Of a stretch of 64,000 bases of DNA, positions 8,065 through 19,400 are shown piece by piece; the first letter of the stretch is position 1; every line of letters begins with the position of its first letter. A program made the position numbers and the translations under genes. The notes beneath the pieces were generated by a model that saw only the letters and a program-made list of their open reading frames with translations, did not search any database and was not told the origin of the DNA. Source of the DNA: an uncultured Candidatus Saccharibacteria bacterium (GTDB taxonomy: Bacteria; Patescibacteriota; Minisyncoccia; Phycocordibacterales; JACOZG01); NCBI GenBank assembly GCA_964648765.1, contig CAZYLF010000002.1, forward strand, positions 144,684 through 208,683, given 5' to 3'.

Positions 8065-9024
8065 TCATAACATATACCTCACCTCCTCTTCGAGCTCGAT
8101 TTCGAAACGATCTTTAACTAATTTTTTTAGTTTGGTGACGAGTTTGATAACGTCAGCGTAAGTGGCGTGGCTTTCATTAATGATGAGATTGCCGTGGAAG
8201 TTGGCCACCACTGCCTCACCTTCTCGTAGCCCCCTCGCTCCCACGTCTTCAAGTAAATAACCGGCCGGGATTTTACCGTCCCTAATTTTATTTTGATCTA
8301 TCTTACTTAAAGCTTCTGGCGTGATTGTGCTTACCAAAACATTTTTAAAATAACTCCCCGGGCATTTTACCCCTGGCACATATTTGGCATTTCTGATTTC
8401 GATAATCTCCTTAGACTTTTTCAACAACTCTACGCCATCACCTTTTTCTAAATTAAAAGTCGCGCGCAACACCAGCCAATTTTTCCCCTCGTTTTTAAAA
8501 ATGCTGTTGCGGTAGGCGAAGTGATGGTCTCCACAAGAAATTAGCCCCACCCCGGCCCTCCCCAAAGGAGAGGGTGAGGGAGAAAAAATTTCTATTTTTT
8601 CAAGGTGGTCAGAAATTGATTGACCGTAAGCGCCGGCGTTGCCGACAATTGCGCCACCCACCGTACCCGGGATTCCGGAGAGTGATTCCAAGCCCGCTAA
8701 ATTATTTTCAATCGCGAAGTTAATTAATGAAGCGAGCGGCAAACCCGCCTCGCAAGTAATCACATTCCCCTCACAACTAATTTCGGCCTGAGAGTTTAAG
8801 TAATGAATTAAAAGTCCAGGATAAGTTTCGTCAGAGAAAACCAAGTTACTTCCTCCAGCCATGACTAAGTATTTAAGACTATTTTCTTTCGCGAGAGAAA
8901 CGGCATCAACTAATTCTTCAGGTGAAATAACTTTAAGATACCACTTCACTTTGCCACCCACGCCGAAAGTGGTCAGTGGCTTAACGTCCACATTTTCTTC
9001 CACATTCGAGAAAATGTTTTTCAC
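8065..9024 (-). CDS. murB: UDP-N-acetylenolpyruvoylglucosamine reductase
   Basis: GGSNL, GIPGTVGGAIVGNAGAYG, GSYFKN, LEEEV motifs. Confidence 0.95.
   Translation of the reverse strand: MKNIFSNVEENVDVKPLTTFGVGGKVKWYLKVISPEELVDAVSLAKENSLKYLVMAGGSNLVFSDETYPGLLIHYLNSQAEISCEGNVITCEAGLPLASLINFAIENNLAGLESLSGIPGTVGGAIVGNAGAYGQSISDHLEKIEIFSPSPSPLGRAGVGLISCGDHHFAYRNSIFKNEGKNWLVLRATFNLEKGDGVELLKKSKEIIEIRNAKYVPGVKCPGSYFKNVLVSTITPEALSKIDQNKIRDGKIPAGYLLEDVGARGLREGEAVVANFHGNLIINESHATYADVIKLVTKLKKLVKDRFEIELEEEVRYML
8545..8574. repeat. REP-like hairpin in-frame in murB (SPSPLGRAGVG)
   Basis: CCCCACCCCGGCCCTCCCCAAAGGAGAGGG is a GC-rich stem-loop in an AT-rich gene. Confidence 0.55.
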
Positions 9025-9031
9025 TTTACGA

Positions 9032-9106
9032 CTAGAAAAAAGCTTGGGAGTAAACTAGCAATCCCATAAAGCCAACTAATCCTGTGACTAATAAAAACTC
9101 TTTCAT
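9032..9106 (-). CDS. putative 24-aa near-leaderless TM microprotein MKEFLLVTGLVGFMGLLVYSQAFF
   Basis: TGgTATAAT 8 nt before the ATG; stop 7 nt before the murB GTG. Confidence 0.5.
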   Translation of the reverse strand: MKEFLLVTGLVGFMGLLVYSQAFF

Positions 9107-9128
9107 TGCTTTAGATTATACCAACTTT

Positions 9129-10349
9129 TTACTGCGAGAGAACGCGGTAGTAATAAGTAGTGTTTGAAGAAAGACCAGTAAGAGTTACAGCATGAGCAGT
9201 AACTTTAACAGAATCATCTTGAAGTCCACTTGATAAAGCATAACCGAAGTTTGGGTAAGCAGCTCCAGAGATTGAAGGGCGAGAAGTGGTATCGTAAATT
9301 ACGCGGCTATTAGCGGCGCGATCAGTGTCCCAACGCACAATGGCTGAAGTTTCAGTCACGTCAGTAACACGGATGTTTGAGATTACAGGTTTAGTATTAC
9401 CACCACCTCCACCACCATTAGTATTAATATTAACAGCAACCGTAGCTGTTTTGGTAGCACCAACGAAATCTGTAACGGTTAAAGTAGCTGTTTTAGAACC
9501 TGAAGAGCTGTAAGACTTGGAAACAGTTTGACCGCCCACATTGGCAGAACCATCGCCAAAATTCCAAAGATATGTGTAAGGAGCTGTGCCGCCAGTAGCA
9601 GAAGCAGCAAAACTTATGCTTTGGTCGATATCGAATGAAGAATTGTTAGATGGAGAAGTAATACTTGCATCTAAACCAGAATTATTTTGGTTGATAGTAA
9701 GATTGAGAGTAAGAACTTTGTGCGCACCATCAAAGTCACTTGCAGTGGCAGTAACCACTTTGGCGCCAGAGGTAGAGTAAGAGTGAGAAACTGTTTGACC
9801 GGCTACATCGGCAGATCCATCACCAAAACTCCAAAGATAAGTGTAAGGAGCAGTACCGCCAGAAGCAGAAATTGCAAAATCAATATTTTGTCCTACATTA
9901 AAACTGCCGTTATTTGAAGGAGAAGAAATTGAAGCATCGAAGGCTACGGTTGGAGAATTAATATTTAATGTTACAGAGTCAACAGCCCGAGCACCTGTAA
10001 AATCAGCCACCACCAAACTCACAGTTTTTGCACCAGCGCTTGAAAAGGACTTTGAAATGCTTTGTCCAGACACATCCGAAGAACCATCATCAAAACTCCA
10101 CACATAAGTATAAGGAGCATTGCCACCAGAAGCAGAGAGTGAGAAATCAATGTTTTGATTGATATCAAATGAAGCACCATTTGAAGGTGAGTTAATTGAG
10201 GCAACCAAAGGAGCTGATGCTAGTGCCGCTTGGTCAGAAGCAGCGTCTTGAGCCAAAACCGAAACTGGTAAAGCTAATAAAAGGCTAAAAATAAGGGTAA
10301 TCGAGGCTAATCTGTTTACAATTTTTTGCATATTCATAGTACCTAACAA
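9129..10349 (-). CDS. secreted protein with three PKD/Ig-like repeats and a C-terminal FN3-like domain
   Basis: Signal peptide ending VLA-Q; three ASGGxAPYTYxWxFGDGS repeats; HAVTLTGLSSNTTYYYRV. Confidence 0.85.
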   Translation of the reverse strand: MLGTMNMQKIVNRLASITLIFSLLLALPVSVLAQDAASDQAALASAPLVASINSPSNGASFDINQNIDFSLSASGGNAPYTYVWSFDDGSSDVSGQSISKSFSSAGAKTVSLVVADFTGARAVDSVTLNINSPTVAFDASISSPSNNGSFNVGQNIDFAISASGGTAPYTYLWSFGDGSADVAGQTVSHSYSTSGAKVVTATASDFDGAHKVLTLNLTINQNNSGLDASITSPSNNSSFDIDQSISFAASATGGTAPYTYLWNFGDGSANVGGQTVSKSYSSSGSKTATLTVTDFVGATKTATVAVNINTNGGGGGGNTKPVISNIRVTDVTETSAIVRWDTDRAANSRVIYDTTSRPSISGAAYPNFGYALSSGLQDDSVKVTAHAVTLTGLSSNTTYYYRVLSQ

Positions 10350-10363
10350 CTATCACATCGAGA

Positions 10364-10402
10364 TAAAAAAAGCAACCCCGTTCGCCTAAGCGAGTCGGGG
10401 TT
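10364..10402 (-). terminator. intrinsic terminator
   Basis: AACCCCG...CGGGGTT hairpin with T-run on minus. Confidence 0.65.
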
Positions 10403-10432
10403 GGATTGGGGCAAAGCCCAAGCTACAAGTTG

Positions 10433-11914
10433 TTAGTTAAGGGTGACGACGATAGGGAACGAACCCAGTAACCCTTCGGGGTTGTTTGCCAAACTCCATA
10501 CTTGGAGATTGTTAAACAATGTCTCGTTACCATCAGTGATTGCCGTCAACACCTTACTCGGCAACGGTACCGCTACTGTGCCACTGCCGACTGGTGATGT
10601 AAAAATCACATCAACGATCGTGGTGTCATAGTACGCAGTGTGCAACTTGTGCTGCAAACCGTCACCGTTAGTTACCGACACGGTCACCACAAGGGAAACG
10701 GTAGCTCCCCGAACAAACGGTCCTCCCGGTGTGATACTAGTGATCACTCCAGAAAAACCAGTGGTAACAGGTGGCAACACCACCGTTGTGGTCGAGGCAT
10801 AAACTTTGGTTACGCCATCGAGACCAGTACACTCAACTGTGTAGGTATAAGTACCGGCCAGTAATCCAGAAAAAACTCGGGAACCAAAAAGTGGCAAAGA
10901 TCCAAGCCACTCGGCTGGGCCCGAACTACCACGGCAGCTCGAGGTGTTTGCGCTGTTGTGAGACACAGACAACGACGTGCCTTGAGGAATTGACGCGAGA
11001 CTAGCGATAGTCACTGTCGGCGCCGGAGGTGGAGGCGGAGCAGTAACCACAACATTCACGGATTTGTCCACTTTAGTGCCATTTACCCCGGTACACTCCA
11101 TACTGAAGTTATAAGTACCAGGATTCGGCAAAGGAATCGTCTCTTGACCGGCCACTCCAACGTCACCAGTCCAAGCACCAAGCTTTTTGCAAGAACCAAG
11201 ATGGGCTCCTGACCAGGATAGAATGAACGGGGCGTTAGCTGTAGCTGGACCAACAAGGTCTAGTGTGGGCGTCAACACTGGAGGTGGCGGTGGTGGATTT
11301 GGAGTTCCCTCTTCATCCTCCTCAAACACTTCGATCTTCACATCCACCAAAGCATCTTGAGTGTCTGCGTCTACCACCTTGATGGTAAGTACTCGATGAC
11401 CGATTTGTTCATCTCTTGGAGTCCATTTAAAGATTGGGCCTGTGCCCCTGATCTCTCCATCAATACTCCAAAAGATAACAAGCGGTGGACGACCACCTGA
11501 AAACAAGTGAGTGGCGTCGAAGATTACCTCGAAACCAGAAGTTACCTCCCAGTCCCGCCCACCCCACTGTTCACCATCAATAGTGAGACCCAATAGGTTT
11601 ACATCTATCCGGATTCCAGATGTCACGAGGCCACCACCCAAATTAAGATTGTGGGTGACAGTCACCGTTCCATCTGGATGAACTTCAAAAGCCACATTCC
11701 CTTCATTATCGAGAACCACAAAACCGTTGCTGACAGTAAGGCCATCCATGGCTTCAATTCTCGTATGAGAAATGAAATTGCCATTTTGGGCGTCTTCATG
11801 TTGGTTTGGGTGCTCAATTGGCACACAACCACTCATCGTCCCCGCCCAAATGGCAACACCAATAATGAAAATAATGGCAAACCAATCGCGTTTCCTCTTC
11901 CCGTTTTTCTGCAT
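10433..11914 (-). CDS. secreted/lipoprotein with Ig-like repeats and Pro-rich linkers
   Basis: N-terminal hydrophobic helix ending SGC; two GTYxxxxECTG Ig-like units. Confidence 0.7.
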   Translation of the reverse strand: MQKNGKRKRDWFAIIFIIGVAIWAGTMSGCVPIEHPNQHEDAQNGNFISHTRIEAMDGLTVSNGFVVLDNEGNVAFEVHPDGTVTVTHNLNLGGGLVTSGIRIDVNLLGLTIDGEQWGGRDWEVTSGFEVIFDATHLFSGGRPPLVIFWSIDGEIRGTGPIFKWTPRDEQIGHRVLTIKVVDADTQDALVDVKIEVFEEDEEGTPNPPPPPPVLTPTLDLVGPATANAPFILSWSGAHLGSCKKLGAWTGDVGVAGQETIPLPNPGTYNFSMECTGVNGTKVDKSVNVVVTAPPPPPAPTVTIASLASIPQGTSLSVSHNSANTSSCRGSSGPAEWLGSLPLFGSRVFSGLLAGTYTYTVECTGLDGVTKVYASTTTVVLPPVTTGFSGVITSITPGGPFVRGATVSLVVTVSVTNGDGLQHKLHTAYYDTTIVDVIFTSPVGSGTVAVPLPSKVLTAITDGNETLFNNLQVWSLANNPEGLLGSFPIVVTLN

Positions 11915-12007
11915 TCTGCACTCTCGCTTTCCGCCGTATTTCAGGCATTTTTCTTAACTAACAAATCAAAGACCAACTTCCACAACTACCAGACTATTGA
12001 CAAAAAA

Positions 12008-13159
12008 TCAAGAGCTAAATAGCTGCGGCCCATCGTAATCATCTGGGAGAGACTCCTCGCCTGGCGGCGCACGATTTGCATCGTCACGCTTATTGCGTTC
12101 GCTCACCCAGAGTATGAAAAATATAATCGCTAGTATCGCAAGTAAAATATTGAGCCAGCCACAAGAGTCCTGCCAAAAATTGGCAAGTCCAATAGCCGCC
12201 ACCTGCCAGAGGGATTCCTTTTGCCCCACATCGTGAGGACCCTCAGGCATTGGACCAATAAAGTCAGGGGTCGATGTCCCTAAGTTTAGGTCACTTGGCT
12301 TGATCACAGGCGCTGTGCCACTCTCCACACCGCGCTTGTAGATCCCCCGCAAATCTAGCGAGTTGGATGTACTGCGATCGCAATAAATATTGTTTATTGC
12401 CAGTTGTGTAGTAATGAACACGTAGCCAGTGGGCTCGTTAATCCCCCAAGGAGTAAGCACGTCATTGCCGTAACGCAATTGGAAAAGCTTAACTGCTTGG
12501 TAGGTGGTTTCGTCATATACGCCGTTTAGAGGCACTTCATAGCCCTCATAAGTACGGAGAAAGTATTGGAGTTTTATCACCTCCAATGGATTGTTTGCTC
12601 GGCCGAGCTTTATAAATTCGTTTAAGTAACGTGGGCAAGATTGTGGTAATTCTGGAGTGACAGGCTTAGCAGGAGTACGGCGTCTTCCGCCACCTCCTCC
12701 ACCTCCGCCACCATTGTCATCATTGTTGCCACCGCCTCCTCCACCACCACCATTGTTTGTGGTGAATTGATTTTCAGGAGACACTTCGTCTGCACTCCCA
12801 ATGCCAGTGGTAAAGTTGCCCTCACCACTAATAGCTAAGGAGCTATCGCTGGTGTTAAAGCTGCCTTCACCGCTATTGCCAGTGCTATCGGTATTGAAGC
12901 TACCTTCACCAGAGTTAACTGGATCTGTATTTTGGCTTTGGTTTGATCCGCCACCGCCTCCTCCGTTATTTTCTGGCACATCCACAGACACCGGGGCTTG
13001 GGTATTTGCACCACCCTGCTCCTCACTAATCGCTAAGGTGCTGAGATCTACGCTTGTAGGTAACACATCTGCACTCACTAAAGTTGGCCAAGTAAACACG
13101 CAAAAAAGCCCGATAACCACGGGGATAATCCTCGAGATATATGAAGCTCTTTTTGACAT
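12008..13159 (-). CDS. surface protein with Gly-rich linkers, peptidoglycan-binding-like domain and C-terminal TM
   Basis: Signal peptide; IKLGRANNPLEVIKLQYFL..GVYDETTYQAVKLFQ..PTGYV motif. Confidence 0.75.
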   Translation of the reverse strand: MSKRASYISRIIPVVIGLFCVFTWPTLVSADVLPTSVDLSTLAISEEQGGANTQAPVSVDVPENNGGGGGGSNQSQNTDPVNSGEGSFNTDSTGNSGEGSFNTSDSSLAISGEGNFTTGIGSADEVSPENQFTTNNGGGGGGGGNNDDNGGGGGGGGGRRRTPAKPVTPELPQSCPRYLNEFIKLGRANNPLEVIKLQYFLRTYEGYEVPLNGVYDETTYQAVKLFQLRYGNDVLTPWGINEPTGYVFITTQLAINNIYCDRSTSNSLDLRGIYKRGVESGTAPVIKPSDLNLGTSTPDFIGPMPEGPHDVGQKESLWQVAAIGLANFWQDSCGWLNILLAILAIIFFILWVSERNKRDDANRAPPGEESLPDDYDGPQLFSS

Positions 13160-13375
13160 AAATAAAATAAATTTCGATAAAACGAAACCCTCAAAAAGAA
13201 CGAATGTAAAAGATCTAAAATTGCGAGAAAGAGCTAGGACTAACCTAAGTTAATAACTATCAGAGGGATGGCTTAATTGCAAGCCATTTTTGCCGATTAT
13301 TAGACTTAGACCCACATCAAGTGGTCAAATTTGAAGACGTGCCAGTCAGTAAAAATTACACAGCAATAAAACAAG

Positions 13376-13411
13376 AAGCCCCAGTGTCCTATAGGACACT
13401 GGGGGGGTCTT
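13376..13411 (-). terminator. terminator-like hairpin after the giant gene
   Basis: CCCCAGTGTCCTATAGGACACTGGGG perfect inverted repeat. Confidence 0.6.
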
Positions 13412-13459
13412 AATATTAAAGCCACATATTGATAAAGGACAAAGCATCTGTCCTTTAGA

Positions 13460-16400
13460 CTACGGAGTAGGAACTTCCTCGGGGGCTGGTTCAGTTACCT
13501 CAGTTGACAAATCTTCTTCAGTTACTTCTGGTATAACTTCGGGTTCCGTAACAATAATTGGATCAACGGGAACCGGTGTTGGATCTTCAGGAGGCAAAGG
13601 TTCCGGATCTGTGGTTGGAGTTGGGTTCGGATCTGTACTTGTAGCATTTGGATCTACACTTATATCATCTTCAATATCGTCTATTGGAGGTGTGGTGGTA
13701 GCGACAGGTGGTGTAGTTGTAGCATTCGGGTCAGGATTTGGAATTATATTTGGAGTTGTAGTGGTTGTAGGTGGTGGCGGCAAAACTTGTCCGAGATTTA
13801 CCTCTTCGAGAATAACTTTTAGCATATCTTCATCAATGCACGTAGCACCCAAACAGATTTTTTCGGCCACCAAATCTTTTACCGTCACAGTGCCTTTAAA
13901 TTCCGCATCTCCAGTAACGATCAATTTATCAACTGTTAAGTTAGCAATTGAATTACCCTGCAGAATAGAATTGATACTTTCTATACCTAACAATGTTTGA
14001 GCTTGTACTGGTGGTTCGGGTTTGTATTCGAGATTTACGAATACATTAATACTACCCTCTCCTGACCCAGTATAAGATTCCAACGCCACACCCACGGATG
14101 GTTCGTTATACGCCGCTTTGCGTCCAACACCAGGAACACTCGAAATAGTAATCTGATCACCAATTTGAATTGCTCCGCCCTCATCATTAACTTTAGTTGG
14201 CACACGACCAGAAAGTGAGATTGGGAATTGATTTGGAGATTCCGCAGCATCTGGCGGTAAACCCAATATCACTCCAGGTTCAGTGGCCACAATACCGAGA
14301 AGTGGAGTTGACGAAGCATTGGTAGCGCGAGCCACATGATAAAGTGGAGTATCGGCCATCACAAGATCACCAGGTTCTAGTGAGTCATCTGAAAAATAAA
14401 GCTCAGCCACATCAGTGCCGCCAGTAGTAGAAGTTACAGAACTGATCCGCCCGGTGGTGGAAGCTGTACACCAACCATCATCATCAACACAAAGACCGCC
14501 GTTCACAATCCCAATCCCAGCTTGGACTTTACCGCTACCAACAATGACATAATTCTTAAGAGCACTAGGTAAACCGAGGCCCGACCCAGTCGAGAGACCG
14601 GTGGTGGTGGCCACGAAAAACCCAACAGTAGAAGTGGCGCCGGTTGAAGATTGGGAAACGCTAATAATAGAATTGATCCCGTTGCCTGGGGTTGATGAAG
14701 CAATTGACCAAGCATTAAAGGCATTTGGCACCGTTGTGGTTGCACCAACGTTGCTAATACGCCAACGCTCAGTACCACCAGTAGAAAATGCAACCATATC
14801 AGCGGCTGGCGACCACATACCAGTATTAGCATCACTTTTAAAACTAACAGACGGTAGACTAACGGACCCAACAGCATTTAGTACCACACCTGTTGTCCCA
14901 ATTTGGAACAAGTCACCAGCTCCAACGGTAAATAAGGAGGCCGGGGATGAATCACCGATACCGACCTTGCCCCATAAATTTGCTAAAATAACATCACCAT
15001 CAGCATTTAACCCTCCGTTGCCCCTAAAACCACCATTTATAACCACATCACCTCCTCCACCGCAACACTCAGAAGGTGAACCATCCCCAGCGCTAATCCT
15101 AAGTTCGCCACCAATTTGTTCGGCAGTTGTTGATGTGGCAATTGAAATTGAACGGTAGGAAGTCGTGGCAGTGAAAAGATAATTACCGTCAACTGTTAAA
15201 GCAGACGTAGTTGCATTATTAGGATTGAAAGAAATGGCAATAGGCCCGCTAGAAAAAAGTCCGCCCTGACCAATATTTATACCATTACCAACTCTCAAAT
15301 TTTGAGCGATGTCGGCCGATTCTGAAACCCGAAAATCACCAGCCTGCAAAGAATGGAAAAATCCTGATGTCGCCTCAACCCCACTAATATCAATTTTTTT
15401 AATGTCATCAGTAGTAGAATCAACCACGTAAGCGTAGCGCCCGGCAACGGCAACCCCGACTGGAGATGAACCGACCGCAATCCCAGCTACCATAGTGGGA
15501 GTAGTTGGGTCAATCAAATCAATCACTTGGAGTTCATTGTCACTATCGTTTACTACGTAGGCATAGCGACCGGCTATGACCATATCAGTTAATGTCTCAC
15601 CGAGAGTACCTGTACTTTCATAACCAATATCATTAGGGGAAGCTGGGTTACTAACATCAACCACACAAAAAGATGCACCGGAGTCGGTGGACACACAATC
15701 ATCGTTACCCACATTCATTACATAAGCATAACGACCAGAGACCGCCACTTTTATTCTAGTTGTAATAGAAAGGTCAGTATCTCCTAAATCAACTGTGCCT
15801 ACCGTAACTGGTAAAGTCGGGTTCGAGATGTCTACTATCTCTAATTCATCAGCGCTAACATTAGTAAAATAGGCATAATGACCAGCAACATATATAGAAC
15901 CTTGGTAATAGGCTATTGCATGGGCTTTCGGTACAACCAGATTAGCAAAGAAACGAATAAAACCTTCAGAATCCATTGCCAGTGTACCAACTAAAATTGG
16001 ACTGGTTGGTATTGATATGTCTATTACAGAAAGTAAACTGGATTCTTGACTTATATAGGCATATTTACCTGATATGTAAATAGCATTTACTGCTGTTAGG
16101 CCAGAAAGCGTGGAAACAAGCACGGGAGAAGTAGGGTTGCTAACATCCACGATTTTAAAAGTGTCACCTTGAAAACTTGCCCCACTTGAACCAACATAAA
16201 CATATTGGCCCGATACGGCAATAAATTTATCATTTGCACCAAATGAGCTAAGCGAACCAATTAAAGATGGTGAGGAAGTGGAGGTATCAAAAATTTTTAG
16301 AGTAGTGTTGCCATTATCCATAACGTAAACAAATCTTCCGGCCGCTGCGATGCTAGTAGGTGTAGGTGTACCACCACCAAGAGAGGAAGACCCAACTTGT

Positions 16401-19400
16401 TTTAATGTCCCAGGAGTATGTAGTAAGCTTCCACTTGCGACATGAAGTGCCTCAGTTGGCGCACTTGTGCCAATACCAATGTGACCATTTTGATTCGTTC
16501 CTCCGATATAAAAAGCTGGTGTAGTCGAGCCCGTATTTGCCACAACAAAGCTTGGACTTGAAGTGCTGATCTCAATGGATAGTTGACCCCAAGGAGAAGT
16601 AGAGGCAACACCAATCGCACCTTGGAAGTAGGCGGAAATAGGATTGGTGGCTGTACTTGAGGCCACAGAAACAGAAAGTGGCCCGGAGCTAAATATTCCA
16701 CCCGTGCCGACGTTTAGGCTTGAGCCGACTGAGAGATTATTTTGGATGAAAGCACTTTCTCGCACGTGAATGTTACCTGCTTCTAATGAGTGAACAATGC
16801 CGGAGGTAACCTCAATACCAGAAAGATCCACCGTGTAAAGTGATCCGGAACCGGCCACATAAGCATATCTGCCAGAAACTGCCAGACTTCTTGGAGTTGC
16901 CCCTAAAGCAAGCGTTCCTGTTAAATATGGCGCAGCGGGGTTAGACACATCATAAACTTTTAGTCCCGCGGAATCCGCGCCGACATACACATAACGACCA
17001 GAAACGGCGACAGCAGAAATTAAAACAGAACCAATCGAAACGCTGCCCGCAGTCACCGCAGCGGTAGGATTACTTACATCAATCACTTTTAAATCTGTAC
17101 TAGAAACATCAGTCACATAAACATAACTCCCAGAGATGGCGATGTCGGCTGGCGTACCACCAATGGTTAATGAGTCTTCAATTGTTGGGGCAGTAGGGTT
17201 AGTGATATCGATAGTCTTTAAATCATTTGCTCCCGAATCAATTACGTAAGCATAACGACCGGAAACAACGAGATCCGCAGGCACTGGAGTTCCGCCACCA
17301 CCAAGAGAAACACTTCCGGCTACCACAGGCAGAGTCGGGTTGCTAATATCAACGACCTTCAAGTCATCGGCCGTAGAGTCTATAACGTAAGCATGACGGC
17401 CAGCAACTACCACATCAACAGCGGCACCTCCGAGCGAAACAGAACCCACAAGAGTTGGCGAAGTTGGGTTGCTAATATCGATAACTCTGAGCGCACTTGA
17501 ACTCATCACATAAGCGTATCTGCCAGAAACTGCCACCCCCCTTATTCCAACAAAGCTATAAGTTCCTACTTGAGCCGGTGACGAAGTAGCTAGGCTAAAG
17601 ATCTTAAAAGCAGAACCGTCTTCATCGGCCACATATGCATAGCGACCAGCAACAATAGTTGTTTTAGTAAAACTTCCGGTGCTCAAAGTGGCATTCCCAA
17701 CTAACACAGGGTTGCCTGGCGATTGAAGGAAGTTGCCTGCGTAGAGAGACAAAGCCTCCGTTGGCGTGCTAGTGCCGATACCAATATAACCATTCTGATT
17801 TACTCCGCCGATGTAAAATGCGGGGGTTGAGGAGCCGGTGTTTGAGACTACAAACCCGGGATTGGTGGTGCTCAACTCAACGGCAAGATTATTTGAAACA
17901 TGCAAGTTAGTCGTCGTGGCATTTGTTGTAGTTGAATTCACCATCGTTAAATTAGTGATAGTTGAAGTAGAACTGTTGGCCAAGATTCCCCCACTCAAGG
18001 TGGAGAGACCGGAGACAGCCAGGGAAGTTAAAGTGCCGACGGAAGTAAGTGAGGAAGCGGTGACGCCAGCCGCCAAAGTGCTGCCGGTCAAAGTACCAGC
18101 AGCGGCAGCGGGTGTGGTGGTAGCGATGACTTGACCATTTGGATTAACGGCGAGGAAGGTGCCAGCAGGAGTGGCGAGGTTCGCGATTGCCAAGTTAGTC
18201 GTCGTGGCGGAAGTGCTCGTTGAATTCACCATCGTTAAGTTGGTGATGGTGGAAGTGGAATTGTTGACGAGAATACCGCCAGTGATAGTGGCGAGGCCGG
18301 AACCAGCAATGGTGGTGAAGGAAGCGGCACCGGCAGTGAGAGCGTCAGCTCCGATGTCGATGGAGCCGAAACCGTTGGTGATGGAACCGCCGTTGAGAAT
18401 ACCAACTGAAGTGAGTGATGAAGAGACAACAGCAGAACCAAGTGCTGTGGCTGAAAGAGTGTTGACTCCATTGATGTTGAGAGCGAGGCCAGAAGCTAAA
18501 TTGAGATTGCCACTGACGTATTGATTAGTCGTCGTGGCATTTGTTGTCGTCGAGTTAGAGGTTGAAAGATTAGCAATTGTGGAACTGCCAGAGAGGATGA
18601 TACCGTCAGTGGATGTAAGTGGGGTTAAGTAGAGGCCGGCGTCTGTCCAGTTGGATGAACTTGGCGTACTCGTGGCAATCACTCGGCCGGTGGGATCAAC
18701 GGCGAGGAAGGTGCCAGCAGCGGTGCCAAGTGAAGTGATGGCCAATCTGGTAGTGGTGGCATTGGTGGAAGTTGAGTTCACCATTGTTAAGTTGGTGATG
18801 GTGGAAGTGGCATTGTTGACGAGAATGCCGCCGGTGATAGTGGCGAGGCCGGAACCAGCAATGGTGGTGAAGGAAGCGGCACCGGCAGTGAGAGCGTCAG
18901 CTCCGATGTCGATGGAGCCGAAACCGTTGGTGATGGAACCGCCGTTGAGAATACCAACTGAAGTGAGTGATGAAGAGACAACAGCAGAACCAAGTGCTGT
19001 GGCTGAAAGAGTGTTGACTCCATTGATGTTGAGAGCGAGGCCAGAAGCTAAATTGAGATTGCCACTGACGTATTGATTAGTCGTCGTGGCATTTGTTGTC
19101 GTCGAGTTAGAGGTTGAAAGATTAGCAATTGTGGAACTGCCAGAGAGGATGATACCGTCAGTGGATGTAAGTGGGGTTAAGTAGAGACCGGCGTCTGTCC
19201 AGTTGGATGAACCGCCTGATCCAATACAGGTGCCACCAATGGCAAAGCAGCCGGCGGTGAGATTAAAGCCAACATTGGAAGTGGAAGTGGCGGAACCAGC
19301 AATGTTAAGACCAGAGAGTGTGGTGGTGCCAAAGCCGGTGCCGGCAATTTGTATTTGGGGAGTAGTGCTGGTGGAGAAAGTGGTGGGTGAAGATGTGCCG

